This document shows positions 7,945-16,932 of a stretch of DNA of 20,430 bases, piece by piece. Numbering within the stretch: the stretch's first letter is position 1; each line of letters opens with the position of its first letter. A program made the position numbers and the translations under genes. Source of the stretch: a virus (Duplodnaviria > Heunggongvirae > Uroviricota > Caudoviricetes); IMG/VR virus record IMGVR_UViG_2541047888_000001; one strand, written 5' to 3'. The notes beneath the pieces were generated by a model, which was not told the DNA's origin, did no database searches, and saw nothing but the letters and a program-made list of their open reading frames with translations.

Positions 7945-10687
7945 TCTTATCCGTCAGGTTATCAGTGCGTCTGAAAACAACTGGCCTCATGTGCTGGGCT
8001 GCCTGAACATAAATGTCCCTGACTCTCCGCGCCGTCATGCTCCCTGCCCTGCATGTGGGGGCAAAGATCGATTCCGGTTCGATGACAACGGGCGCGGTAG
8101 CTTCATCTGTAATCAGTGCGGCGCTGGTGATGGGCTGGATTTAATTAAACGCGTAAATAACTGCGACACAACAGAGGCGGCGCTTCTTGCCGCTGATGTT
8201 CTGGGTATTGATTACCGGACAACGGAAACACCAGAAGCCACCAGCCAGAAACGGGAACAACTGGAAACCGAGCGCCAGCGACGCGAACAGGAGCGCCTGA
8301 AAAGGGCAGAGAAGGACGAACAACAAAGACGGGATACGTTTTCCCGTCAGTTTGATGACATGCGCAGAAAGGCTGTAAACGGCAAATCTGATTATCTGGT
8401 TGCGAAAGGGGTAGGTGATTTTACATTCCCCGTGTTGCCCGATGGATCTCTGTTGCTGGCGCTGGTGGATAAATCCGGCGCAGTCACAGCAGCACAGACT
8501 ATTACCTCACATGGTGAAAAAAGACTCCTGAGAGGTTCAGCAAAGCGGGGGGCATATCACGCCATAAACGCGCCAGAAACAACACAGAGCATCTTAATTA
8601 CAGAAGGGCTGGCAACGGCATTATCTGCCCATTTAATTCGTCCAGAGGCGCTGACAGTGGCGGCGATTGATGCCGGGAACCTGTTATATGTCGCCCAGGT
8701 ACTGCGGGATAAATTTCCTTCAGCACAAATCATCATTGCTGCGGATAACGACCACAGCGAAGGAAGACAAAACACGGGGAGAATAGCAGCAGAAAAAGCA
8801 GCTTTATCTGTTTCTGGATGGGTGGCATTACCCCAGACAGATCACAAAGCAGACTGGAATGATTACCACCAAAAACACGGCATTAAATGCGCCACAGAAG
8901 CGTTCAATAAGTCAATGTACCAACCACAGGGTAATGGCGTGAAACAGGAGCCACAGACCATTGAGGGAAGCGATTTTAAGGTTATGGATACCGACCCACT
9001 GAAACCAAGAATAGAAAGCCGCGAGGATGGTATTTATTGGGTATCTCCGAGAGCTGACAGCCAGAGTGGAGAAATCATCAATAACGAAAGCTGGTTATGT
9101 TCTCCGTTAAGCGTTATCGGTACTGGCAGAGACGATAAAGACCAGTATCTCATTCTTCGCTGGCTGTCGTTTGGTTCTGAAACGCCGACAACCGCTGCCA
9201 TTCCACTGGCTGATATTGGTGAACGTGAAGGATGGCGCACACTTAAAGCTGGTGGGGTAAATGTCACGACCAAAAGCAGCCTCAGAGCAATACTGGCAGA
9301 CTGGCTACAACGCAGTGGCTCTCGTGAATTGTGGCGTGTTGCTCATGCCACTGGCTGGCAATGCGGAGCGTACATCATGCCTGATGGGGAAATCATCGGA
9401 ACACCTGAAAATCCTGTGCTGTTCAGCGGGAGAAGCTCAGCCGCAGCCGGATATACCGTCTCAGGGAGCGCGAAAAGCTGGCGTGATAACGTGGCGCGTC
9501 TGGCCTTTGGTAACTATTCAATGATGACCGGGATCGGCGCAGCACTGGCAGCGCCATTGATTGGGCTGGTGGGCGCTGACGGGTTCGGCATTCATTTCTA
9601 TGAGCAGTCGAGCGCAGGTAAGACCACCACGGCAAACGTGGCGAGCAGCTTATACGGCAACCCTGATTTACTGCGGCTGACGTGGTACGGAACCGCGCTG
9701 GGGCTGGCAAATGAGGCCGCCGCCCACAATGACGGACTAATGCCGCTTGATGAAGTTGGTCAGGGCGCTGATCCTGTCAGCGTTTCACAGTCTGCCTATG
9801 CGTTATTTAACGGTGTAGGGAAACTGCAAGGCGCTAAAGATGGTGGAAACCGGGATCTAAAACGCTGGCGTACAGTGGCAATCAGCACCGGAGAAATGGA
9901 TTTAGAAACATTTATCGCTACTTCCGGGCGAAAAACCAAAGCCGGGCAACTGGTGCGACTGCTGAATATTCCGTTGAGTAAAGCAGTACGCTTTCACGAT
10001 TACCAGAACGGAAAACAGCACGCAGACGCACTGAAAGACGCTTACCAGCATCACCACGGCGCGTCCGGGCGTGAGTGGATTAAATGGCTGGCAGACCACC
10101 AGCAACAGGCTATTAAAACCGTTCGTGACTGCGAAAGCAGATGGAGAAGCCTGATCCCATCCGATTATGGTGAGCAGGTTCACCGTGTAGCCGCGCGATT
10201 TGCCATTCTGGAGGCCGCATTGTTGTTAGGCGAGGTTGTAACAGGCTGGGATGCTCAGACATGCCGTGATGCGATACAGCACAGCTATAACGCATGGTTG
10301 CGCGAGTTCGGCACAGGTAACAAAGAGCATCAGCAGATTATTGAACAAACGGAGGCATTTCTTAATGCCTATGGGCTTAGCCGTTTTGCACCATTTCCAT
10401 ACAGCCCGGCAGATTTGCCCATCAAAGATTTAGCCGGATACCGTCAGCGTGGAGAACATGACGAAAGCCCAATGATTTTCTACACATTCCCGGCCACATT
10501 TGAAAAGGAGATCGCATGTGGTTTCAACGCAAAACAGTTTGCTGAAGTGTTGAAAAAAGCCGGGATGCTAACCCCACCAAACAGCGGTCGTGGATACCAA
10601 AGAAAATCACCACGTATTCAGGGACGACAAATAAACGTTTATGTACTCAATTACCAGCCAGGAGATTATAACTCATCTGAAGAATGA
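7931..10687 (+). CDS. P4 alpha-like DNA primase/helicase (N-terminal Cys4 zinc ribbon, Toprim domain, C-terminal P-loop NTPase)
   Basis: ~918 aa; CPACGG...CNQCG zinc ribbon (about nt 8045-8120); Toprim signatures ILITEGLATA and AADNDHSEG; P-loop-like YEQSSAGKTT; start could be GTG 7928 or ATG 7931. Confidence 0.85.
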   Translation: MRNIDLIRQVISASENNWPHVLGCLNINVPDSPRRHAPCPACGGKDRFRFDDNGRGSFICNQCGAGDGLDLIKRVNNCDTTEAALLAADVLGIDYRTTETPEATSQKREQLETERQRREQERLKRAEKDEQQRRDTFSRQFDDMRRKAVNGKSDYLVAKGVGDFTFPVLPDGSLLLALVDKSGAVTAAQTITSHGEKRLLRGSAKRGAYHAINAPETTQSILITEGLATALSAHLIRPEALTVAAIDAGNLLYVAQVLRDKFPSAQIIIAADNDHSEGRQNTGRIAAEKAALSVSGWVALPQTDHKADWNDYHQKHGIKCATEAFNKSMYQPQGNGVKQEPQTIEGSDFKVMDTDPLKPRIESREDGIYWVSPRADSQSGEIINNESWLCSPLSVIGTGRDDKDQYLILRWLSFGSETPTTAAIPLADIGEREGWRTLKAGGVNVTTKSSLRAILADWLQRSGSRELWRVAHATGWQCGAYIMPDGEIIGTPENPVLFSGRSSAAAGYTVSGSAKSWRDNVARLAFGNYSMMTGIGAALAAPLIGLVGADGFGIHFYEQSSAGKTTTANVASSLYGNPDLLRLTWYGTALGLANEAAAHNDGLMPLDEVGQGADPVSVSQSAYALFNGVGKLQGAKDGGNRDLKRWRTVAISTGEMDLETFIATSGRKTKAGQLVRLLNIPLSKAVRFHDYQNGKQHADALKDAYQHHHGASGREWIKWLADHQQQAIKTVRDCESRWRSLIPSDYGEQVHRVAARFAILEAALLLGEVVTGWDAQTCRDAIQHSYNAWLREFGTGNKEHQQIIEQTEAFLNAYGLSRFAPFPYSPADLPIKDLAGYRQRGEHDESPMIFYTFPATFEKEIACGFNAKQFAEVLKKAGMLTPPNSGRGYQRKSPRIQGRQINVYVLNYQPGDYNSSEE

Positions 10688-10712
10688 GCTTCTTCATGTG
10701 CGTAGAAAAGGT

Positions 10713-10823
10713 GTTGGTTCAGTTGGTTCAGTTGGTTCAATTTGTAAAGAGTATTGTTTTATAAGGATTTTATTCTTTTTATTGAACCAACACTGAACCA
10801 ACAACACGGTATTTTGAACCAAC
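10713..10823. repeat. Iteron-like array A: 3 tandem GTTGGTTCA, AT-rich spacer, 3 inverted TGAACCAAC
   Basis: Perfect 9-mers at 10713-10721, 10722-10730, 10731-10739 and inverted copies at 10783-10791, 10794-10802, 10815-10823, separated by ~43 bp of AT-rich DNA; directly downstream of the primase gene. Confidence 0.7.
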
Positions 10824-10875
10824 ACAATGTGACTGAATTGATGCGCACAACACCTGGCTGGCATCAGAGAGTGTT

Positions 10876-10949
10876 TTACGAGACTTTCGTAAAATCCTGT
10901 GTACAAGGGCGTGACGTTTTTGAAAGTGAGCACTACGAAATTTTCGTAG
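10876..10949. promoter_or_regulatory. Two palindromic operator-like sites TACGA-N5-TCGTA
   Basis: TTACGAGACTTTCGTAA (10876-10892) and CTACGAAATTTTCGTAG (10933-10949); identical half-sites and spacing, ~57 bp apart. Confidence 0.4.
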
Positions 10950-11143
10950 TTCAGAAAACAGCCTCTGAGAAGTTGTTATGCCTGTTCAGCAAACCATCCG
11001 CATAGCTGATCGCGAATCAAATTACCAATGGAGCCAGAAGCAAGGGCAGAACTGAAAAGCGCCTGCCGTGAAGAGTAATGCGACACCATAAATATAGTTT
11101 TTAGAGTCCATAAAAAACCTGTCAAAACCTGACACACAGAACG

Positions 11144-11177
11144 ATGCCACCAGCTACTGAGCGGTGGCATTTTTTTG
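11144..11177 (+). terminator. Rho-independent terminator-like hairpin
   Basis: ATGCCACC-(11 nt loop)-GGTGGCAT followed by a T run (TTTTTT at 11171-11176). Confidence 0.6.
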
Positions 11178-11271
11178 TGCTATTTGTTTCATATTTTGCA
11201 ATTACGATGATGAATATTGCGATTTGTGAAACTATAATAACTGTTGTTTTATACAGTTCTAAGGGGGCGTT

Positions 11272-11433
11272 ATGGCTATTTCAGTAAAGCCGGTATTGAT
11301 AAGTGAGAAGCAAATGGAAGCGATAAAGAAAATTCAGGAAGAGCAGCGTAAAAAATCAGGAATTGGAGTAGCGCCAACTCTGCATGAAATTGCACGAGGG
11401 TTAATAGATAAGGCGCTGGCAGGCTGTATGTGA
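11272..11433 (+). CDS. small protein (53 aa), possible ribbon-helix-helix DNA-binding protein; not in the supplied ORF track (<60 aa)
   Basis: ATG 11272 preceded by AAGGGGG; TATAAT at 11233-11238 upstream; sequence MAISVKPVLISEKQMEAIKKIQEEQRKKSGIGVAPTLHEIARGLIDKALAGCM has a beta-strand plus two helices pattern; first gene of the downstream operon. Confidence 0.45.
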   Translation: MAISVKPVLISEKQMEAIKKIQEEQRKKSGIGVAPTLHEIARGLIDKALAGCM

Positions 11434-11449
11434 AAATGGATGGCATCGC

Positions 11450-11911
11450 ATGGAACTAAAATTTATTGATAACCCTGTGCGATTACAGGCCTTTCTTAAC
11501 GAGCCAGGCAATACCGAAAATATTGTTGAGCCGGGGCACACGTACTACATCAAGCCTGATGCGGTATATCTCGGCATCTACGAAGGATTAGTGCTGGCTG
11601 GCGTTCATGAAGTGCGTAACTTCTGGCATAGCGTTGTTGAATGCCATGCGGTGTACGACCCCGGATTCCGTGGTGAATATGCACTGCAAGGACATCGATT
11701 ATTCTGCAAATGGCTTCTCGAAAACTCACCATTCCTTAACAGCATCACTATGGTTCCTGACACCACGAAATACGGACGGGCAATTATCCGTTTGCTTGGC
11801 GCTACCCGTGTTGGTCACCTTGATGATGCTTATATCAGATGTGGTAAACCCGTCGGCGTAACGCTTTATCAGTTAACTCGGCAACAATATAAGGAATTCA
11901 GCGAATGTTAA
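11450..11911 (+). CDS. hypothetical protein (153 aa)
   Basis: ORF with GGATGG upstream; stop overlaps the start of the next gene (ATGTTAA); no family recognised. Confidence 0.65.
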   Translation: MELKFIDNPVRLQAFLNEPGNTENIVEPGHTYYIKPDAVYLGIYEGLVLAGVHEVRNFWHSVVECHAVYDPGFRGEYALQGHRLFCKWLLENSPFLNSITMVPDTTKYGRAIIRLLGATRVGHLDDAYIRCGKPVGVTLYQLTRQQYKEFSEC

Positions 11912-12582
11912 TTACCCATATAGCTCATAAACATCTCAATCGTGCCGTATACGAAAAAGGCGGTGATGGTGGTGCCTCTAAAGCTCAGGCGAAGGCCCAG
12001 CAGCAGGCAATTGATTTGCAGCGCGAGCAGTGGAATACGGTGATGAATAATCTCAAGCCGTATGCAGAAGTCGGATTGCCTGCTTTACAACAACTACAAG
12101 GACTGATGACTCTGGAAGGGCAGAATAAAGCCGCGAATGATTTCTTTGGTTCTGGTTTATATAAAACACAGGCAGATCAGGCCCGTTATCAGAACCTTGT
12201 CTCAGCAGAAGCTACCGGGGGGCTTGGCTCAACAGCTACCAGTAACCAGTTATCTTCCATTGCGCCCATGCTTTATAACAATTGGCTTAGTGGGCAAATG
12301 CAAAATTATGGAAACCTGCTAAATGTCGGGATGAATGCGGCATCAGGGCAGGCAACGGCAGGGCAAAACTACGCCAATAATACCGGACAACTCTTGCAGG
12401 GGCTTGGCGCTATTCGTGCAGGTCAGGCGCAGCAGCCATCCAGTCTTGCGCGTGGTATTGGTGGGGCAGCATCAGGCGCTTTAGCGGGTGCGCAACTTGG
12501 TTCCGTTGTTCCTGGAATAGGAACTGCGGCCGGCGCTATTGGTGGTGGGCTTATTGGTCTTGTTGGGGGGCTTGGATTCTAA
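11905..12582 (+). CDS. low-complexity Gln/Ala/Gly-rich protein (225 aa) with C-terminal glycine-zipper hydrophobic segment; possible phage ejection-protein-like (size comparable to P22 gp7)
   Basis: Translationally coupled at both ends; C-terminus GAASGALAGAQLGSVVPGIGTAAGAIGGGLIGLVGGLGF; the ejection-protein link is an inference from size, order and composition only. Confidence 0.7.
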   Translation: MLITHIAHKHLNRAVYEKGGDGGASKAQAKAQQQAIDLQREQWNTVMNNLKPYAEVGLPALQQLQGLMTLEGQNKAANDFFGSGLYKTQADQARYQNLVSAEATGGLGSTATSNQLSSIAPMLYNNWLSGQMQNYGNLLNVGMNAASGQATAGQNYANNTGQLLQGLGAIRAGQAQQPSSLARGIGGAASGALAGAQLGSVVPGIGTAAGAIGGGLIGLVGGLGF

Positions 12583-14003
12583 TGGCGACATGGCAACTTG
12601 GCGGGCTGCCTAGCATGGCACCGCAAAATGATAATGCTCCTCGTTCTTCCGTTCCTCAGCCTGTGCAGTATCAGCAGCAGCCAAACGTAGGTTTAATGGC
12701 GCTACAGGGGCTAAGAGGCGTTGCTGAGATTAATCAGCAGGCACGTCAACAACAGCGTAAAGCAGAGTTTCAGAAAGCATATGCCGGGGCTTTTGAGTCT
12801 GGAGACAGAAACAAAATGCGCAGTCTTATTTCTGAGTATCCAGAAGAATTTGAAAGCGTTCAGAAAGGGATGGGCTTTATTGATGACGACCAGAGAAATT
12901 CTATTGGTCATCTTGCGACTAGTGCTCAAATCGCATCTTCGCTCGGAACTGGGGCATTTGGAAAATTCATAGCAGATAACGAAGATGAAATGCGTCGCTT
13001 GGGAATTTCTCCTGAGTCTGTTGCCGAAATGCATGTTAATGATCCACAGGGGTTCCAGCGGCTTGCTGGTAGTATGGCACTGTTTTCTCTCGGTCATGAG
13101 AAGTATTTCGATATCAAAGATCAAATGGAAGGTCGGGATATTGAGCGTGGCAAGTTGGCAGAAACAATCCGCAGCAATCAGGCTGGCGAAGCACTTCAGG
13201 CGAGAGGGCAGGATATTAGCCGAGCAAATGCGTTAACGTCAGCATATGCACCAACAGCAGCAATGCAGAATTACAATCAGTACGCTCAAATGTTAAAGGC
13301 GGATCCAGAGGGGGCGGCGGCATTTGCGGCAGCGGCTGGAATTAATACAAACGCCAAAAAATTAATGAGTGTTAGAGAAAACGATGATGGCACTGTCACA
13401 AAATACTACACAGACGGAAGTGAAGAGCAGGGAAAACTAAACCAGCCAATATCTGGAGATGGGTTTCGTCCAATAGCTTTGCCAACAGCCCAAAAGATCA
13501 TGGAAAAGTCGCCAGAAGGGGCTAAAAAAGCTGCTGGATTTGCATACAGGGTTAGGGATGCTCTTGATTCAATAGATACACTGAAAGACCAGCTTAGCCC
13601 ACAGCGAGTGGCGATCATTAATAATGCTTTGGGTAATGGGACGCTGGCTAACTTAACGCTCAGCCCAACAGAACAGCAATACGTTGTTAATGCTAATGAC
13701 GCAATAATGGCAATACTCCGTCAGGAAACAGGGGCAGCCATCGTACCTGCTGAAATGTCAAAATATTATCAAATGTATTTCCCTCAGCCTGGCGACTCCA
13801 CAAAAACCATTGATACCAAGCGCCGGAAGATGGAAAACCAGTTCAATTCGCTGAAAGCTGCTTCTGGTCGAGCTTATGATGCTTTGCGGGTTATTTCAGC
13901 AGTTGACAGAGGAACTTCTTCTTCGTCGCAGACATTGCCGCAATCTGAGCAGGTATCACAGCCAGCAGCCAGCAGTAACTTTTCTTCACTATGGGGTGAT
14001 TAA
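12582..14003 (+). CDS. hydrophilic Gln/Ala-rich protein (473 aa); possible ejection-protein-like (size comparable to P22 gp20)
   Basis: TAATG coupling at both ends; long ORF with protein-like composition; no catalytic motif recognised. Confidence 0.75.
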   Translation: MATWQLGGLPSMAPQNDNAPRSSVPQPVQYQQQPNVGLMALQGLRGVAEINQQARQQQRKAEFQKAYAGAFESGDRNKMRSLISEYPEEFESVQKGMGFIDDDQRNSIGHLATSAQIASSLGTGAFGKFIADNEDEMRRLGISPESVAEMHVNDPQGFQRLAGSMALFSLGHEKYFDIKDQMEGRDIERGKLAETIRSNQAGEALQARGQDISRANALTSAYAPTAAMQNYNQYAQMLKADPEGAAAFAAAAGINTNAKKLMSVRENDDGTVTKYYTDGSEEQGKLNQPISGDGFRPIALPTAQKIMEKSPEGAKKAAGFAYRVRDALDSIDTLKDQLSPQRVAIINNALGNGTLANLTLSPTEQQYVVNANDAIMAILRQETGAAIVPAEMSKYYQMYFPQPGDSTKTIDTKRRKMENQFNSLKAASGRAYDALRVISAVDRGTSSSSQTLPQSEQVSQPAASSNFSSLWGD

Positions 14004-16108
14004 TGGCTAAAGCATGGAAAGATGTTATCGCCTCTCCACAGTATCAGGCGTTAGCACCAGAACAAAAAGCGCAGGCTCAGGAGCAATACTTCAATGAAGT
14101 CGTGGCCTCGCAAGCCGGAGAAAGTGTAGAGCAGGCTAAGCAGGCTTTTTATGCTGCCTATCCACTACCATCAACGAATGAAATAGACCGATCCCAATCA
14201 GCAACTCAAAATATTCAACATACATCATCTGATAATTCTCTTGCGTCAGGGTATGCAAAGTTAGCTACTCAGCAAAGAGAGGGGCTTGAGCGTTCAGCAG
14301 AACAGGGAGCCAGTCTTGGGGCTGCGATGCGCGATGCTATAACAGGCGAAAGCCGAATGACTCCAGAGATGGAGAGACTGCAAAATGTCGACCTTGCCCC
14401 AGAGTTAACCTCACTCAGCATGGATGCTCTAAAAGCTCGATGGTCTCAACTTTTCGGCTCTGACGCATCTCAGGAAAAGATTCTTCAGAGCATGGGAGCG
14501 AAATTAAGGCAGGATGAGAAGGGTAACACTATCGTTTCCCTGCCATCCGGTGATTATGCTCTGAACAAGCCGGGTTTATCGCCGCAAGACGTGGCATCGT
14601 TTCTGGCTAATGCGCTGGCGTTTACACCAGCGGGCAGGGCTGGAACGGTGCTTGGTGCCATAGGAAAATCAGCAGCTACAGATTTAGCACTACAGGGAGC
14701 CACTAGCCTTGCTGGTGGAGAAGATATTGATCCGTTACAAACGGTAATTTCTGCTGGCATTGGTGGTATTGGTAAGGGGCTGGAAAATACAGCGAGTGCG
14801 GTTTCGAGGGCTGTTCGTGGTGATATGTCGCCTGAAGCAAAGGCTGCTGTCGACTTTGCATCGGAAAGAAATCTGCCGTTAATGACCAGTGACATGCTAA
14901 AAGATAAAACCTTTATGCAGAGTCAGGCTCAGACATTAGGCGAAAGAGTTCCTTTTTTTGGAACCGGTAAGAATCGGCTGAATCAACAACAAGCACGAGA
15001 AAATTTAGTCAGAACATTTAGCGATGGTCTGGGTGGCATTTCTGATAAACAGCTTTATGAATCTGCGACTAAAGGGCAACAAAAATTCATTGAGGCAGCA
15101 GGAAAGCGATATAACCGCATAATTGACGCTATGGGGGATACCCCTGTCGATCTCTCAAACACGGTAAAAGCTATCGACAATCAGATTGCCGTGTTAAGCC
15201 GCCCGGGCAAATCTCAGGATAGAGCCGCGGTAAAAGTCTTGCAGCAATTTAAAGACGATATCACCAGCGGACCAAATGACCTGCGTCTGGCGAGGGAAAA
15301 CAGAACCGATCTTCGAAAGCGATTTATGGCGTCATCTGACACTGTTGATAAAGATACGCTCCAGAAAGCCAGCGATATTATCTACAAGGCATATACGGCG
15401 GATATGAAAAAAGCCGTAGCCAAAAATCTTGGAGCAGACGAAGCCATTAATATGGCAAGGGTTGATCGCTCATGGTCTAAATTTAATGACATGATGGGAA
15501 GAACGCGCGTTCAAAAGGCAATAGCCAGCGGCAAGGCCACGCCTGAGGATGTAACAAAACTCGTTTTTAGCCAAAACCCATCAGAACGTTCTCAGCTTTA
15601 CAGGCTTCTGGATGACAATGGTAGGCAAAACGCACGAGCAGCCATAGTTCAGAATGCTGTAGATAAGGCGACTGATCCGTCTGGAAATATCAGTGTTGAG
15701 AAGTTTATTAATGCGTTACACCGGAACAGGAAGCAATCAGCAACTTTCTTTAAAGGCGTACATGGAAAGGAACTGGACGGCGTTATTAAATACCTCAACG
15801 ATACAAGACACGCGGCAAAAGCGAACGTTCAAAACTTAAATGGTCAGCAGCTTTATGGTTTGTTAGTTGGTGGTGGCATCATAAACGCAGCAGTATTAGC
15901 GGGGATGCTAAAAACGGCTGCGTTTGTTGTTCCTGCTGCTGGTGCCGTAGGCGGAGCAGCGAAGGCATACGAAAGCCCTGTTATACGAAATGCCTTGTTA
16001 CGTCTGGCAAATACGCCAAAAGGTAGCACAGCATATGACAGAGCGATCAGTACGGTCACACAATCGCTCACCAGAGTCGCACAGGCATCACAAAAAGAAG
16101 CTCAATAA
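14003..16108 (+). CDS. large Gln/Ala-rich protein (701 aa) with C-terminal hydrophobic Gly/Ala segment; possible ejection-protein-like (comparable to P22 gp16)
   Basis: TAATG-coupled to the upstream gene; C-terminal LYGLLVGGGIINAAVLAGMLKTAAFVVPAAGAVGGAAKAY putative membrane-interacting segment. Confidence 0.75.
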   Translation: MAKAWKDVIASPQYQALAPEQKAQAQEQYFNEVVASQAGESVEQAKQAFYAAYPLPSTNEIDRSQSATQNIQHTSSDNSLASGYAKLATQQREGLERSAEQGASLGAAMRDAITGESRMTPEMERLQNVDLAPELTSLSMDALKARWSQLFGSDASQEKILQSMGAKLRQDEKGNTIVSLPSGDYALNKPGLSPQDVASFLANALAFTPAGRAGTVLGAIGKSAATDLALQGATSLAGGEDIDPLQTVISAGIGGIGKGLENTASAVSRAVRGDMSPEAKAAVDFASERNLPLMTSDMLKDKTFMQSQAQTLGERVPFFGTGKNRLNQQQARENLVRTFSDGLGGISDKQLYESATKGQQKFIEAAGKRYNRIIDAMGDTPVDLSNTVKAIDNQIAVLSRPGKSQDRAAVKVLQQFKDDITSGPNDLRLARENRTDLRKRFMASSDTVDKDTLQKASDIIYKAYTADMKKAVAKNLGADEAINMARVDRSWSKFNDMMGRTRVQKAIASGKATPEDVTKLVFSQNPSERSQLYRLLDDNGRQNARAAIVQNAVDKATDPSGNISVEKFINALHRNRKQSATFFKGVHGKELDGVIKYLNDTRHAAKANVQNLNGQQLYGLLVGGGIINAAVLAGMLKTAAFVVPAAGAVGGAAKAYESPVIRNALLRLANTPKGSTAYDRAISTVTQSLTRVAQASQKEAQ

Positions 16109-16127
16109 CTGGTTAGCCATGGATGGC

Positions 16128-16742
16128 TTAGATATCTCTGCTGTCTCCATTAGGAAATAAAAGATAATATGGATTTGCCTTTCTTGCTCTCCTTGCTTCA
16201 CCTGGATACCTGTTAGTCAGTAGCTTGCATAATGAGCAGAGAACAACACTCAAGAAAATTCCGAATGAGAAGATCAATATCTCACCAAAAATCAATGGCG
16301 ATATTAAATTTTCAGGATTTAATGATAAGTCAATGTTAAAAACATATTGAGCAATACCAGTAAGTATCAATAATATAATCCCTATGGAATACATTGCTGT
16401 TTCCCAAACATCAGACAGTCTATTTTTGAATTGTTCGCTGGAGTAGTAGTTTGTTATAAAGTCAGAAAAATCACTCTCATATGCATCATCTTTAGGTGAT
16501 GTTAGAAATCCTCTGTCTCTCCATACCTTCTCCCAATTAGTCGATTCTTTTTTTAAGGAAAAATAAATATGTATTGCCAAAAGGATAGCCAAAATTGGTG
16601 TTAGCTCTAAAAAATAGAATGTTATGGAATAAATAATACTGCCATGTTCAAACTCATCTGGGACTATCATGTATGCACAAAAATAAATTGAAAAGTACAC
16701 CATGCAGATAGTTAGCAATTCTTTAGTATCTTTTCTGCTCAC
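16128..16742 (-). CDS. AT-rich integral membrane protein (204 aa, ~4 predicted TM helices), unknown function
   Basis: GTG start preceded by AAGGGGG on the minus strand; four hydrophobic stretches (e.g. LLTICMVYFSIYFCAYMIV, IIYSITFYFLELTPILAILLAIHIYF); markedly lower GC than flanking genes; convergent with the 701 aa gene. Confidence 0.7.
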   Translation of the reverse strand: MSRKDTKELLTICMVYFSIYFCAYMIVPDEFEHGSIIYSITFYFLELTPILAILLAIHIYFSLKKESTNWEKVWRDRGFLTSPKDDAYESDFSDFITNYYSSEQFKNRLSDVWETAMYSIGIILLILTGIAQYVFNIDLSLNPENLISPLIFGEILIFSFGIFLSVVLCSLCKLLTNRYPGEARRARKANPYYLLFPNGDSRDI

Positions 16743-16932
16743 ACCAACCCCCTTTAGCGTTGTTTAGAATGGCAATCATCATATATCCAAGACATGGCAT
16801 TTGGTACATAGCTTGGGTCGGGATTTCAAATCCGCCCCCGTTGATGGGGTCGTTACAGTACGCGCATATCCGCTTTATGTGAAACAGGAAGATTTTTCTG
16901 ATATCACTGCCACAGCAAAACACCAATTTCGA

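Noticed and set aside
8141-10433. Multiple short ORFs on both strands within the primase-helicase gene
   Set aside because: Embedded in a long ORF with recognisable zinc-ribbon, Toprim and P-loop motifs; treated as spurious.
10713-10739. Possible CRISPR array suggested by tandem GTTGGTTCA repeats
   Set aside because: Repeat unit is only 9 bp, with no unique spacers of CRISPR length and no cas genes; the arrangement (tandem copies, AT-rich spacer, inverted copies) fits iterons or operators.
10754-11170. ORF-track entries 10754-11005 (+) and 10976-11170 (-) as protein-coding genes
   Set aside because: They overlap the iteron array, the palindromic operators and the terminator; translations look non-protein-like and lack RBS; more likely non-coding regulatory DNA.
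12137-14895. Embedded or antisense ORFs inside the 225/473/701 aa genes (e.g. 12137-12322, 12711-13124, 14554-14895)
   Set aside because: Fully contained in longer translationally coupled ORFs; no independent support.
16810-16860. tRNA-like fragment (GGGTCGGGATTTCAAATCCGCCC)
   Set aside because: Superficial resemblance to a T-arm, but no cloverleaf, acceptor stem or anticodon arm could be built; treated as a palindromic protein-binding site instead.
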